A stretch of DNA of 64,000 nucleotides from an uncultured Bifidobacterium sp. (GCF_949292005.1 NZ_CASEXV010000025.1:51186-115185), one strand, 5' to 3'. Positions 49,595 through 60,690 are shown, counted from the stretch's first letter. The notes: generated by a model from the letters alone, not told the origin. A program made the numbers and translations.

Positions 49595-50011
49595 ATGGAT
49601 CGTCCCCTGGGTGGCGCGGCCCGTCGCACATGGCAGCGCCGGGCGGTTCTCGAGCAACTGCGGGGATGCGACGATTTCGTCTCGGCCCAAGGGCTCCATC
49701 GACTTCTTGAGGCATCGGGAACATCCATAGGACTATCCACGGTCTATCGGCAGCTGAACTCGCTGGCCGAGGCGGGTCTTGCGGACACGATCAGACTCAA
49801 CGAGCGTCAGATGTTCCGCGTCTGCGAGGACGGGTCGAAGCACCACCATCATCTGGTCTGCGAGCGGTGCGGGAAGACCTTCGAGATCGAGCCGCCCGAT
49901 CAGGACTGGTTCGCCTCGGTCGCGCGACGCCACGACTTCATCGTCACCTCCCACACGATGGAGGTTTTCGGGCTGTGCAGCGAGTGCCAGGCCGAGCGGA
50001 CGACGGTCTGA
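49595..50011 (+). CDS. Fur-family regulator (Zur-like)
   Basis: TWQRRAVL, IGLSTVYRQL, HHHHLVCERCG, FGLCSEC. Confidence 0.9.
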   Translation: MDRPLGGAARRTWQRRAVLEQLRGCDDFVSAQGLHRLLEASGTSIGLSTVYRQLNSLAEAGLADTIRLNERQMFRVCEDGSKHHHHLVCERCGKTFEIEPPDQDWFASVARRHDFIVTSHTMEVFGLCSECQAERTTV

Positions 50012-52700
50012 CTAGAGTGCGCGCCACATGCAGGGCCTCCGCCGCGTCCAGCGACGGAACATAGGCCTCCATGACGGCGAAGGCCAGCGCCGGCATTCTG
50101 GTGACATCCGGGATGCACACGTACACCGGATCCGGAACCGGATGGAATTTGCCTTTGAAGGCGTAGAGCGACCGGAATCCATAGGCTGGTTCGAGCATGT
50201 CCGACACGAGGGACAGCGCGTGGGAAACGATGTCGGCGTTCGGATGCGTGGATTCGTCCGTCTTGTCCGACGCAGTCTTGTCCGATTCCCCGTCGTCCAG
50301 TCCAGCAAGGGGGGCTGTCGACAGGCTCATGAAGGAGACGGCATTCTCAGGTGAGTCGATTCCCTGATCCCTCAGACGTTCAGCCATCCTCGCGATGAGG
50401 AATTCCATGATTCCGTTGGGGCTGTCGGGACGATGACGCATGAAGTCGAGCGTCCATCCCACCACCACGCCGTCGCGGTAGGTCGGCAGCCAGCTTGTGA
50501 CCCCCTGCACGATTCCCGACGAATCGATCGCGAGAAGAAGAGCGACCCGGGGATCCTCCAACTCGTCGACGCCCCCCAGTGTGAAGCGCATCTCCGGCAG
50601 CGATTTGGTCTCTGCCCACTGCTCGGAGATCTCGACTATCTGCCGCCGGACATCCTCGGAGGCCTCGGGGAATGTGGTGAGCACATCGGCGATGCCCAAC
50701 TTCGCGGCCTTGTTGATGGCCGTGCGGATGTCCTGCCATTTCTTGCCGCGTGTCTGCCATTCGGAGGGACGGACGACCATCTCCGTCCCTATATGGATCG
50801 AAGTGCAGCCTTCCTCCTCCATAATCGTCCGTTCGTCGTCATGGACCGCATAGAAAGCGGGAACCCATGAGCGCTCGGCGCAGAACCCCATGAATCCGCG
50901 GATGCATTCCCTTCGCTCCGATAGATCCCCGATGGGTCCGGTGACGGTCAGGGCGATGGAATGAAGCACCCTGTAGGCGATGGCCGAGCGTCCGGTGGGG
51001 GAGATCCAGTATCCGTTGCCCTCCCAGGTGGTCATGAACGACATCGAGTTGCCTCCCTGCATCACCAGGGAGTTCGCTGTAACTCTGGCGTCCTCGTCAA
51101 GTCTCGCCTCGTCCTTGAGAAGCCATAGAAGCACCACGAACAGGGTCACCCATGGCACCAGCGCGGTGATTTGCGTGGCGGCGTTCGACAAAGGGGTCGA
51201 TGCGACCAGAGGGGATGCGAACAATCCGCCGAGGTTGAGAGGAAGGAGCGCGTGGATCAGCGTCAGGGCCGCCAGAGCGGGGGTCGCCGTCGGAGCGAAG
51301 GACTTGGGGAAAAGGGATGTGACGGCGAGGAATCCTATTGCTGCCGCGACGATGCCAGCTCCCACGGCGGCGGCTCCCGTAATCGCCTTCCGGGGGTTGG
51401 TGCGTATGGGGAAGCGGCGGAAGTTCAATGCGATGGCCACGGCGATGGACAGGGTGGGTATGGCCGTCGTCAGCAGGGAGGCCGTCATGGATCCCACGGA
51501 TGCGGGAAGATGGCCGTCCAGTCCGATCGGCGTCAGATAGTAGAGGGCTGCGAAAACCGCCAGGCCCACGTTGATGATGACGCTCAGCGCCGCCGCAAGT
51601 CGACGGCCTCGGTGCAGCCCCCAGGCGAGGACGGTCATGACGGCGACGGGGATGAGAAGACGCAGCCACATTCCGGCGGTGATGGCATGCCTCATGCCGA
51701 TCAGACTGACGCAGCTTTGCATGACATAGCTGGAAAGGCATCTGTCCAGCATCGCTGATCCCTCGTTTGTGGAGAGAAGCAGTCCCAATCGCGTCAGGGG
51801 TCCAGCATGGGACGTCGACGTGATGGCCACCAAAGGTCCCAATGCCAGGGATAGTTGCAGATACGAGAGAAGACGTCGGATCTCGTGGTCGGTTCCGCGA
51901 CGCCATGACGCGCGTGGGGAAGCACGGTGGGGCATGGCCAACCCGCAGAGCTGTCCGACGATCGCAGCCGACAACAGGCAATAGTCGGCGGGATTCCCGG
52001 CGAAAAGAAGCGTGGAGAGGATGGCCGTGTATCCGATTGTGAGAATCCGACGTCTGTGCAGCAGCGGCGCCATGTAGGCCGAGGCCATCAATGGGCCGAC
52101 CGCGAAAATCAGAGGTGAGAGATGCACCGGCATGTTTCGGATCCATTCCCCGGTGGACACATGGTCGGATATGAGCAGGGAGACTCCCAGTCCTGCGGCC
52201 GTGCCGCCGACGGACGATATGAGTGCGACGAGCACCGTGCGGATTGACCCCAGGCGGGTCTCCGCCAGCGCGAGGACGGCGATCAGGACGATCGAGACGA
52301 TCAGAAGACCAACGAATCCATGGACGATGACCATTGAGAGTGCCATTCGGGGCAGCCGCGACGAATGGGTGACGACCTCCTGGGACCACAAGGCCTTGCG
52401 CCGCAGCAGGTGGATGATCATAAGGATCAGATTCGTCACCACAAGCAGCACCGTGGCGATGAGGGAGACTGGATGCGAGCGGATCCACCGTGCCCCGTCC
52501 TCGGCCAATGGATGCCATCCATGGTCGGCGTCGCCATCGCCGTTCCCGGATCTTGATGGTGAATGGTCTTGTGTCGCGGCTTGTGCTGGTGCTTGCGGCG
52601 GTCTCTCCGGCAACGGCGATTCCTCCGGTGTGGTCCCGTGCATGTGTGATGGTCCTTCTGACGTTGGTGTGTGGTTCTGGATTGTGCGTCTGCCGCTCAT
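49944..52700 (-). CDS. MprF-like aminoacyl-lipid synthase (multi-TM + DUF2156 domain); alternative start 52643
   Basis: Roughly 13-14 TM segments, then GKKWQDIRTAINKA, EMRFTLGG, TLDFMR, GIMEFLI, YGFRSLYAFKGKF. Confidence 0.88.
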   Translation of the reverse strand: MSGRRTIQNHTPTSEGPSHMHGTTPEESPLPERPPQAPAQAATQDHSPSRSGNGDGDADHGWHPLAEDGARWIRSHPVSLIATVLLVVTNLILMIIHLLRRKALWSQEVVTHSSRLPRMALSMVIVHGFVGLLIVSIVLIAVLALAETRLGSIRTVLVALISSVGGTAAGLGVSLLISDHVSTGEWIRNMPVHLSPLIFAVGPLMASAYMAPLLHRRRILTIGYTAILSTLLFAGNPADYCLLSAAIVGQLCGLAMPHRASPRASWRRGTDHEIRRLLSYLQLSLALGPLVAITSTSHAGPLTRLGLLLSTNEGSAMLDRCLSSYVMQSCVSLIGMRHAITAGMWLRLLIPVAVMTVLAWGLHRGRRLAAALSVIINVGLAVFAALYYLTPIGLDGHLPASVGSMTASLLTTAIPTLSIAVAIALNFRRFPIRTNPRKAITGAAAVGAGIVAAAIGFLAVTSLFPKSFAPTATPALAALTLIHALLPLNLGGLFASPLVASTPLSNAATQITALVPWVTLFVVLLWLLKDEARLDEDARVTANSLVMQGGNSMSFMTTWEGNGYWISPTGRSAIAYRVLHSIALTVTGPIGDLSERRECIRGFMGFCAERSWVPAFYAVHDDERTIMEEEGCTSIHIGTEMVVRPSEWQTRGKKWQDIRTAINKAAKLGIADVLTTFPEASEDVRRQIVEISEQWAETKSLPEMRFTLGGVDELEDPRVALLLAIDSSGIVQGVTSWLPTYRDGVVVGWTLDFMRHRPDSPNGIMEFLIARMAERLRDQGIDSPENAVSFMSLSTAPLAGLDDGESDKTASDKTDESTHPNADIVSHALSLVSDMLEPAYGFRSLYAFKGKFHPVPDPVYVCIPDVTRMPALAFAVMEAYVPSLDAAEALHVARTLVRPSSARPGTRCTARKPPSCGR

Positions 52701-52710
52701 GGAGGGCCTG

Positions 52711-54108
52711 TCATTGGCCGGATCCTGTGATGATGGAGATCTGATCGTCGCGGGACGCCGACCATGTCGATGCGCCTAGACCTGTGCGATGTCCGAAATC
52801 GTCGACCACGGGGACAAGACCATTGATAACCGTGTGCCAGTCGTGTCCGGATCTGCGGCTGATCATGACTGTCACGCGCATTCCTGCGGCTTTGGCCGCT
52901 TTGGCGATTCTCGCCTGGTTGCTTCTCGCATCCGCGTCCCACTCTCCGGACACCATCATCAGCGTCTGCGACGAGGGAGAGTGCCGAGCGATGATCGCTG
53001 TGGGCACATGCGCGTCGAACGCCTTCTCATCGCCGTTGAAGAAGCGGTCGATGGTCCGTTTCCGCGATCCGTCGCTGGGGGCGATCTCCGTGGAGGCCGC
53101 GAAGATGGACCCGAAGATCTTCGGATGGGCAGGACCTATCTGGACGCTGCATGTCCCGCCCTGAGAGAATCCGCCGATAAGCCACTGGCTGGAGGATGTC
53201 GACACCGGAAGTGTGTCGCGTATCCAGCGCGGCACATCCGTTGTCAGATAGGTCTCGGCCTCCCCATACACCGAGGTGTCGGCGCAGAGGGAGTTGTGGG
53301 TGAAGGCGCCGTTCTGATCGGGGGAGACGACGATGGGCGCGAGTCCATCATGGTGCGCCGCATACTCGTCCATGATGGCGGCGATCTTTCCGGCCGCCAT
53401 CAAACGGGTGGGACTTCCCGGTTGTCCGGCAAGAAGAACCATGACAGGAAGCCGGGGAGGAGTGGCCGACAGTGCGGCCGGGGGGAGATAGACGGTTGCC
53501 ATGCGCGTCTGGAAACCGGACTTGGTGGCGGGTATGTGCACAGTCCTGACTATGCCGTGGGACGCCAGGGCACCATGAAGCTCGTCATGCGCCGCCAGAA
53601 GACGCCATTGGCGCACGCTCATCACAGGGCGTGATATCGACGAGGAGTCCAGCATCGGATAGGGGTTGAATCCCAGGGCGGATCCCACGGTCGTGTACTC
53701 GCCGTAGACCATATTGATGCTGGTGGCGCAGGTCAACACGACAAGAGGCACCAGCATGATGGCGACCACGCGTCGCGCCGATCTCGACCTGCGGATGGTG
53801 ATAAGCGCGAAGGCCACCAAGGACACCGTCGCGGCGACCACGGTCATGACCATCCACCCCACGCTGACACCGAAAGCCATCACAACGTCCGACAGGAACC
53901 ATACGACCGCGTATCCGATGGCTCCTGCGGCGATGGTGGCGGCGGCGATGGTGGCGGCGGACGAGGCGGATCCCTTCCCCGGGGTCGTTCCTGATCGCCG
54001 AGGCTCGGGGAGAGCGGCCACAAGCGCCAGACAGACGACCACGGTCGCCGCGAGTAGGGAGGGAAACCATCCCGACAAAAGGGGTATACGCATGAGCACG
54101 TCCATCAC
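52711..54108 (-). CDS. Membrane-anchored alpha/beta-hydrolase (putative esterase, PesT-like)
   Basis: Four N-terminal TMs, VYLPP, LAGQPG, GFSQG nucleophile elbow, GHDW. Confidence 0.85.
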   Translation of the reverse strand: MMDVLMRIPLLSGWFPSLLAATVVVCLALVAALPEPRRSGTTPGKGSASSAATIAAATIAAGAIGYAVVWFLSDVVMAFGVSVGWMVMTVVAATVSLVAFALITIRRSRSARRVVAIMLVPLVVLTCATSINMVYGEYTTVGSALGFNPYPMLDSSSISRPVMSVRQWRLLAAHDELHGALASHGIVRTVHIPATKSGFQTRMATVYLPPAALSATPPRLPVMVLLAGQPGSPTRLMAAGKIAAIMDEYAAHHDGLAPIVVSPDQNGAFTHNSLCADTSVYGEAETYLTTDVPRWIRDTLPVSTSSSQWLIGGFSQGGTCSVQIGPAHPKIFGSIFAASTEIAPSDGSRKRTIDRFFNGDEKAFDAHVPTAIIARHSPSSQTLMMVSGEWDADARSNQARIAKAAKAAGMRVTVMISRRSGHDWHTVINGLVPVVDDFGHRTGLGASTWSASRDDQISIITGSGQ

Positions 54109-54308
54109 GGCACCTCTTTCCCTTTTCCCGTTGCGATGTTACGTGGCGCCGAAATGGCTGGACATCGTTCGCGCGGATGAAGTGGGGGGTGCGGGTCATC
54201 CCATGGATGGGGTTCCAGCGGGTGGCGTATCATCGACAGGTATGTCGAAACGCCCCTTGCGGATGACGGATGCGCGCCATGCCGTGATTGGCGGGATAGG
54301 AATGGTTC

Positions 54309-56669
54309 ATGGATGTTGTGACGAAGGATTCCCAGGGGGATTCCAATAAGGAGAAGATCGACGCCACGGTTGTCGTCGATTCTGCTGCCGTTGCCGCCGA
54401 TGTCGCTGCCGACCCTGCCAGTATCGACGGCCACGCTGCTGACGCTGTCGATTCAGCGATTGCCGATCCCACCGGGTCCGGGAAATCTGAGACGTCACGG
54501 GAGTCTGAGGAGCCTGAGGAGTCTGGGGACTCCGAGGAATCTGGAGGCGCGGCGCAATCCGTGGATGTCGGTGGGGAAGGCGCCGCCAACGGCGATGGCA
54601 GTCAGCCAGCGCCCGTGGACGGCTCCCACTCATCGGACACGGTTGACGGTGGCGGCGCGAGTGATTCCGGCGACGAAAATGCGGCGTCAGAAGGTTTTCC
54701 GGTATGGGCCTATGTCCTGACCTTCCTTCTCGTGGACGTACTGTGCATTGCCATCATGCAGTGGGGCGTGACGCAGGACAGTTCGACCGCGGATCTCTCC
54801 AGTCCGATCGTCGGTTTCTGGGGCATGGTCGCCAAGATGTGGACGAGCCTCAACTTCGTCTTCGTGCTCAACATGATCATGGTGGGCGTCGCCTATCTGG
54901 CCATATTGATGATCACCAACAGGATATGGGTGGCCTCCCCGATCGTCATCGTCGTGGCCACCATCATCGGCGTGGTGGAACGTTTCAAAGTGCAGATCCG
55001 CTATGAGGTGATTAACCCCGCGGACTTCAGTTTCCTGGGATCCGACGCCGGCAACCTCGTCAGCTTCATGCCGTCCGGTGCCCCTTTGGTGATAGCGGGC
55101 GCGGTGGCGGGCTTCGCCGTCCTCACTGTCATATTCGTCGTCATCGCACGGAAGGACGCGCGCGGAGGACGGATGATTCGATGTGAGAACGCCGGATTGG
55201 AGGCCGTCATCCGGCTTCTTCTCATCATCCTGCCAATCATGGTCGTCAGCCTGCACACGGCGACTGTCGGCATGGTCGACTCGGTGGCGAACAAGGTGTC
55301 GACGGCGATGGGGGACACGCCATCCATGTGGGATTCGGTCTATGACGCCCAGCGCAATGGCGTCGTCGTCTCGTTCCTTCGGCAGCTCAATCCGAAGATT
55401 ATGGATGAGCCCTCCGGATACAGCGAAAGCACCATGAAGAAGATCGCCGCCAAGTACGCGAAGAAGGCCACGTCCATCAATAAGACGCGCACCAGCGAGC
55501 TGTCCAACAGCACGGTAGTCTTAATCCTCTCCGAATCGCTCTCCAATCCCGAACGTGTTCCGGGGCTAAGCCTGAACAAGAAGGTGATTCCCGAGATCGA
55601 CGAGATCAAAAGCTCGACCACCAGTGGTCTTATGCTTTCGTCGGGGTACGGCGGAGGAACGGCGAATCTGGAGTATATGGGTCTGACGGGCCTGAGCATG
55701 GCCAATTTCGCGTCGTCTCTCACCAGCCCATACCAGCAGTTGGTTCCGACCGAGTCGTGGACACCGACGTTCAATCGCATATGGGGGTCGTCGTCGAACT
55801 CGATCGCCTTCCATCCCTATGAGCCTTCGATGTACTCGCGTGAGAGCAATTATGTGAAGTTCGGCTTCTCGAAGTTCTACACTTTGGGAAGTCCCCGGAT
55901 CAAATACACCGCGAAACTGGGCGACTCCCCCTACGTTTCCGATGAATCGGCCTACAAAAGCGCGTTGGAGGAGATATCGTCGACATCCAACAACCAGTTC
56001 GTCCAGATCATCACTATGCAGAACCACATGCCATACCACGATTGGTATGCGAACAACGAGTTCACCGTCACCAGCACCGATTCCAGCAAGGAGCTCGGGG
56101 ACGACGAGACGACGTCCATCGAGACCTACGCCAAAGGGGCGAGCATCACCTCGAAGGCCACGAAGAAGTTCCTCGATCAGTTGGATTCCCTCGACAAGCC
56201 CGTCACTGTCGTATTCTATGGGGATCATCTTCCGGGGATCTACTCCACGGCAAGCGAGGACAGCTCGAACTCCCTCGCCCTGCATCTGACGGACTACTTC
56301 ATCTGGTCGAACAAGGCGTCGACGAGCAGTGGCGTCAAGGACGATGACGCGGCTTACACCTCACCCAACTTCTTCATGGCCCAGACGGCCGAGCATATGA
56401 ACGCCAGAGTGTCCCCGTACCTCGCGTTCCTCACCACGCTCCACAGCAAAATCGCGGCCATGGAGCCTCCGCTCGTCAACACGATCCAGGGATGGTCGAG
56501 AATTCCCGAGGGCCAGTCGCTCTATCTCAACCAGAAGAGCGAGCCGCTGTCGAGCGTGGACTTCGACGAGGGAACGAAGACGCTTCTCAAGGACTACAAG
56601 CTGATCCAGTACGACATCACGGCAGGAAAGGGCTATCTGCGGTCGTTGGGCTTCATGACGGTGCCGTAA
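54309..56669 (+). CDS. LtaS/MdoB-family phosphoglycerol transferase (sulfatase fold)
   Basis: Acidic N-terminal tail, five TMs, ILSES, GGGTANLE (Thr nucleophile), TMQNHMPY, YGDHLP. Confidence 0.9.
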   Translation: MDVVTKDSQGDSNKEKIDATVVVDSAAVAADVAADPASIDGHAADAVDSAIADPTGSGKSETSRESEEPEESGDSEESGGAAQSVDVGGEGAANGDGSQPAPVDGSHSSDTVDGGGASDSGDENAASEGFPVWAYVLTFLLVDVLCIAIMQWGVTQDSSTADLSSPIVGFWGMVAKMWTSLNFVFVLNMIMVGVAYLAILMITNRIWVASPIVIVVATIIGVVERFKVQIRYEVINPADFSFLGSDAGNLVSFMPSGAPLVIAGAVAGFAVLTVIFVVIARKDARGGRMIRCENAGLEAVIRLLLIILPIMVVSLHTATVGMVDSVANKVSTAMGDTPSMWDSVYDAQRNGVVVSFLRQLNPKIMDEPSGYSESTMKKIAAKYAKKATSINKTRTSELSNSTVVLILSESLSNPERVPGLSLNKKVIPEIDEIKSSTTSGLMLSSGYGGGTANLEYMGLTGLSMANFASSLTSPYQQLVPTESWTPTFNRIWGSSSNSIAFHPYEPSMYSRESNYVKFGFSKFYTLGSPRIKYTAKLGDSPYVSDESAYKSALEEISSTSNNQFVQIITMQNHMPYHDWYANNEFTVTSTDSSKELGDDETTSIETYAKGASITSKATKKFLDQLDSLDKPVTVVFYGDHLPGIYSTASEDSSNSLALHLTDYFIWSNKASTSSGVKDDDAAYTSPNFFMAQTAEHMNARVSPYLAFLTTLHSKIAAMEPPLVNTIQGWSRIPEGQSLYLNQKSEPLSSVDFDEGTKTLLKDYKLIQYDITAGKGYLRSLGFMTVP

Positions 56670-56682
56670 TCGAGGCGGATCA

Positions 56683-56709
56683 GCGGACGCCTCCCGATGA
56701 GGCGTCTGT
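56683..56709. terminator. Hairpin between the convergent ltaS-like gene and purD
   Basis: GCGGACGCCTC-ccgat-GAGGCGTCTGT. Confidence 0.5.
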
Positions 56710-56745
56710 GCCGGCTATACGTGTCAACGCTGATACGTATAAAAC

Positions 56746-58020
56746 TCAGTGAAGGGCCTTCGAGCCGATGTCGTGCCGGTAGAAGAGTCCCGGCATCTCC
56801 ATGCGGTCCAATATGCCATACGCGCGATTCTGCGCATGCGCTATATCCGCGTCGTTTACGGTGAGAACGGCGACTCTGCCTGACGACGAGACAAGCCCGC
56901 CCTCCGTGCCGGTCGCCACGCCCGCGTAATACACATGGTCGTCCTCAGTGGCCGGAATCGGCGGAACCGTGGCCCCGGTCACGGTGTTCTGCGGATACCC
57001 GTCCGACGCGACCACCACCGCCAGTGTGGATCCTGTGGTCCTCCAGGTGAATTCCGGTTCCTCTCCGTGCAGGATGGCCGCTATGGCCTGTCCCAGATCA
57101 CTGGTCAGGCGCGGAAGGACGACCTCGGTCTCGGGGTCTCCGAAGCGCGCGTTGAATTCGATCACACGGGGACCGTCCGCGGTGGCGATCAGTCCCGCAT
57201 ACAGGATTCCGGTGAATGGAGTGCCCTCGTCGGCCATGGCCCGCACTGTGGGACGGACGATGGAGTCGATCGCGGCGAGCACCACGTCATCGCCGATCTG
57301 TGGAACCGGACTGTAGGCCCCCATGCCTCCGGTGTTCGGACCCCGATCGCCGTCATACGCTCGCTTGTGGTCCTGCGAAATGGGCATGGGCCAGAAGTCC
57401 GTTCCGTTGACGAAGCTCATGAGGGAGAACTCCTGGCCTTCGAGATAATCCTCGATGACAACCTTGGCGCCGGCGTTCCCAAAACGATGGTCGATGAAAA
57501 TGTCGTCCAGAGCCGCGATGGCGGTGTCCAGATCCATCGCGACGGTCACGCCCTTTCCCGCGGCGAGTCCGTCCGCCTTCACCACGATGGGTGCTCCATG
57601 GTCGTGGACATAGCGGGAGGCCTGATCGAGGTCGTCGAAGGTGCGGTATCCGGCGGTGGGGATGTTGTGGCGGATCATGAGCTGCTTGGCGAAATCCTTG
57701 GACCCCTCGATCTGGGCGGCGGCCTTCGTCGGACCGAACGCCGGGATACCGGCATCGGCGAAGTCGTCGACCAGTCCCTCGATGAGGGGGACCTCGGGGC
57801 CGACGATGACCCAGTCGTAGGAGTTGTCCTTGACGAAGTCGATAAGCGCGGCGTGGTTGGACGGGTTCAGCTGCGTGGTGAGTATGCCGTCACCGCGCAT
57901 GCCAGGGTTGCCGGGGGCCGCCGTGACCTCATCCACGCTTTCGCCCCTGAGAAGGGTCTGCGCGATGGTGTGCTCGCGCGCGCCTGATCCTATGACCAGA
58001 ACCTTCATGCCCATATCCAT
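56746..58020 (-). CDS. purD: Phosphoribosylamine-glycine ligase
   Basis: KVLVIGSGAREH, VGPE, KADGLAAGKGV, GPNTGGMG, EFNARFGDPE. Confidence 0.97.
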   Translation of the reverse strand: MDMGMKVLVIGSGAREHTIAQTLLRGESVDEVTAAPGNPGMRGDGILTTQLNPSNHAALIDFVKDNSYDWVIVGPEVPLIEGLVDDFADAGIPAFGPTKAAAQIEGSKDFAKQLMIRHNIPTAGYRTFDDLDQASRYVHDHGAPIVVKADGLAAGKGVTVAMDLDTAIAALDDIFIDHRFGNAGAKVVIEDYLEGQEFSLMSFVNGTDFWPMPISQDHKRAYDGDRGPNTGGMGAYSPVPQIGDDVVLAAIDSIVRPTVRAMADEGTPFTGILYAGLIATADGPRVIEFNARFGDPETEVVLPRLTSDLGQAIAAILHGEEPEFTWRTTGSTLAVVVASDGYPQNTVTGATVPPIPATEDDHVYYAGVATGTEGGLVSSSGRVAVLTVNDADIAHAQNRAYGILDRMEMPGLFYRHDIGSKALH

Positions 58021-58054
58021 GTCCTTCCGTTGCCTGTCATGAGAATGCCGACGT

Positions 58055-59089
58055 TCATCGCAGCTCGACGTCTGCGTCCGTGCGGGTGACCACATCGCCG
58101 ATCACGAATCCGGCGACGCCGCTGCCGTGGAGAAGCGCGAGGGTCTCGTCGGTCCGTGCCGCGTCCACGGCAAGGACCATCCCCACACCCATGTTGAAGA
58201 CGTTGAACATCTCCGCGTGTGGAATCGAACCGGCGCCCTCGATAACCGAGAAGATCGGCGGCACATTCCATGATGATGTGTCGATCCGCGCGGCGAGCGA
58301 GGATGGCAGCATGCGTGGGATGTTCTCGATGAATCCGCCGCCGGTGATGTGTGCCACGCCTTTGACCAGACGGGCTTTGAACAGTGGCGCCAGCGCCTTC
58401 ACGTAGATGGTCGTCGGGGTGAGGAGAACGTCTCCCAGGGTGCGGCCGTCCAATGCGTCCAGTCTGGTGGAGGCGTTGTACCCGGCGACGTCGAAGAGCG
58501 CGTGGCGGACCAGGGAGAATCCGTTGGAATGCACTCCTGATGACGGCAGCGCGATAAGGGCGTCGCCGTTGGCGATGGCGGAGCCGTCGACAATGGACGA
58601 CCGCTCGGCTACGCCCACGGAGAATCCCGCGAGATCGTACTCGTCGGGCGAGTACATTCCCGGCATCTCCGCCGTCTCACCGCCGATCAGGGCGCATCCC
58701 GCCTCGACACATCCGTCGGCCACGCCCGAGACCACCTGTTCGAGAAGACGAGGATTGTTCTTCCCGCAGGCGATGTAGTCGAGGAAGAACAGCGGCTGCG
58801 CCCCCTGCGCGGCGATGTCGTTCACGCACATGGCGACGCAGTCGATTCCGATCGTGTCGTGCCGGCCCACCATCGAGGCGAGCATAAGCTTCGTCCCGAC
58901 GCCATCGGTGCCGGAGATGAGGATGGGGTCCGAATATCCTAGGGACGCGAGGTCGAAAAGACCTCCGAACCCTCCGATACCGCCCATCACTCCGGGGCGA
59001 CCGGTGCGCTCCACGTGGGATTTGATGCGTCGGACGACCTCATAGCCCGCTTCGACGCTCACTCCGGCTTCCTCATAGGCCTGTGGCAT
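58055..59089 (-). CDS. purM: AIR synthetase
   Basis: [39 protein letters not shown]. Confidence 0.97.
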   Translation of the reverse strand: MPQAYEEAGVSVEAGYEVVRRIKSHVERTGRPGVMGGIGGFGGLFDLASLGYSDPILISGTDGVGTKLMLASMVGRHDTIGIDCVAMCVNDIAAQGAQPLFFLDYIACGKNNPRLLEQVVSGVADGCVEAGCALIGGETAEMPGMYSPDEYDLAGFSVGVAERSSIVDGSAIANGDALIALPSSGVHSNGFSLVRHALFDVAGYNASTRLDALDGRTLGDVLLTPTTIYVKALAPLFKARLVKGVAHITGGGFIENIPRMLPSSLAARIDTSSWNVPPIFSVIEGAGSIPHAEMFNVFNMGVGMVLAVDAARTDETLALLHGSGVAGFVIGDVVTRTDADVELR

Positions 59090-59163
59090 GGCACGCTACC
59101 TTTCGCTTGTGGTTGATGATGGGCGGACGGGACAGGAGTCCGTCGGATGGTGTGAACCCGCTG

Positions 59164-60690
59164 TCATGCGTTGGCATGGGCGGGGGAGTCGACGTGCGCC
59201 GTCATGAACTCGTTGCCTTGGTACAAGCTCGACTCGCTGGCGAAACGTGGTATGCGGACCTGATCCTCGGGCGTGAGCGACTTGAGGAAGTCCTCCTCGT
59301 AATCGTCGAGCGCCGTTGGGTAGTCGCCGTTGAAATACGCCACGCACAGGCCGCCGTACGGAGCGTCGGCATGAAGTCCGATGGCCTGGATGAGGCCGTC
59401 GAGCGAGAGAAAAGCCAACGAGTCGGCTCCGATGTACTGCCGGATCTCCTCGACGGATTTCTTCGCTGCTATCAGCTCCTTCGTCGTTTGGATGTCGATT
59501 CCGTAGAAGCAGGGGTATTTTAGGGGTGGCGACGAGATGCGCATGTGCACTTCGCGGGCACCGGACTCGCGCAGAAGCTTGACTATGCGTCGGGAGGTCG
59601 TGCCACGGACTATGGAATCGTCCACCACGACGACGCTTTTCCCTTCCACGACGCCGCGGACGGCCGAGAGCTTCATCCTCACGCCCTGCTCGCGAAGCTC
59701 CTGGGTGGGTTGGATGAACGTTCTGGCCACATACTGGTTCTTGATCAGACCCATCTCGTTGGGAAGACCGCTGGCCTCCGCATAACCCGACGCGGCCGAC
59801 AGCGAGGAGTTGGGAACGGCGATCACCATGTCGGCGTCCGCCGGCGACTCCTTGGCAAGCAGCGATCCCATCCGTTTGCGCGCGGAGTGAACGTTCACGC
59901 CATAGATGTTCGAATCAGGACGTGCGAAATAGATGAACTCCATCGAACAGATGGCCAGCTGGGTGTTGTCGGTGTAGCGCTCGATCCGGTATCCGGAGTC
60001 GTCGACCACAACGATCTCGCCGGGGCGGATATCACGCACGAGACGGGCTCCGACGATGTCCAGAGCGCAAGTCTCCGACGCGAGGACATACGATCCGTTC
60101 CTCATACGACCCAGGGACAGAGGACGGAATCCATTGGGGTCGAGCGCGCCGATCATCTCCGTGGATGTCATCAGGAGATACGCGAAGCCGCCGTGGACGA
60201 TGTTGAGGGCTTCCTTAAGACGGTCCATGAACGTGGATTTGGTCGAGCGCCGAATCAGGTGCATCAGGACCTCGGTGTCGGAATTGGAGTGAAAGATCGC
60301 TCCCTCGTCCTCGAGTTTCTCCCTGAGGCTCACGCAGTTCGTGAGATTGCCGTTGTGGCTCAGCGCCACGTCGCCATCATGGAATCGGAACAGGAACGGC
60401 TGGATGTTGTCCACGGAGCTTGACCCGGAGGTCGCGTAGCGGACGTGTCCGATGGCGCGGTCGCCTTTTAGCCTGGCGATTTCCGACTCATCGGAAAAAA
60501 CCTGGGTGAGAAGCCCCAGACCCCGGTGGCCATAGAGCCTTCCGTGGTCGTTCGAGACTATGCCGGCCCCCTCCTGACCGCGGTGCTGCAGGGCGTGCAA
60601 TCCGAAGTACGTCAGACGAGATGCGTCCGGATGCCCCCACACGCCAAAGATCCCGCACTCTTCATGGATATCCTCGAGTTCAGCCGACAA
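59164..60690 (-). CDS. purF: Amidophosphoribosyltransferase (probable TTG start)
   Basis: [31 protein letters not shown]; GGAAGGAG RBS before TTG 60690. Confidence 0.96.
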   Translation of the reverse strand: MSAELEDIHEECGIFGVWGHPDASRLTYFGLHALQHRGQEGAGIVSNDHGRLYGHRGLGLLTQVFSDESEIARLKGDRAIGHVRYATSGSSSVDNIQPFLFRFHDGDVALSHNGNLTNCVSLREKLEDEGAIFHSNSDTEVLMHLIRRSTKSTFMDRLKEALNIVHGGFAYLLMTSTEMIGALDPNGFRPLSLGRMRNGSYVLASETCALDIVGARLVRDIRPGEIVVVDDSGYRIERYTDNTQLAICSMEFIYFARPDSNIYGVNVHSARKRMGSLLAKESPADADMVIAVPNSSLSAASGYAEASGLPNEMGLIKNQYVARTFIQPTQELREQGVRMKLSAVRGVVEGKSVVVVDDSIVRGTTSRRIVKLLRESGAREVHMRISSPPLKYPCFYGIDIQTTKELIAAKKSVEEIRQYIGADSLAFLSLDGLIQAIGLHADAPYGGLCVAYFNGDYPTALDDYEEDFLKSLTPEDQVRIPRFASESSLYQGNEFMTAHVDSPAHANA

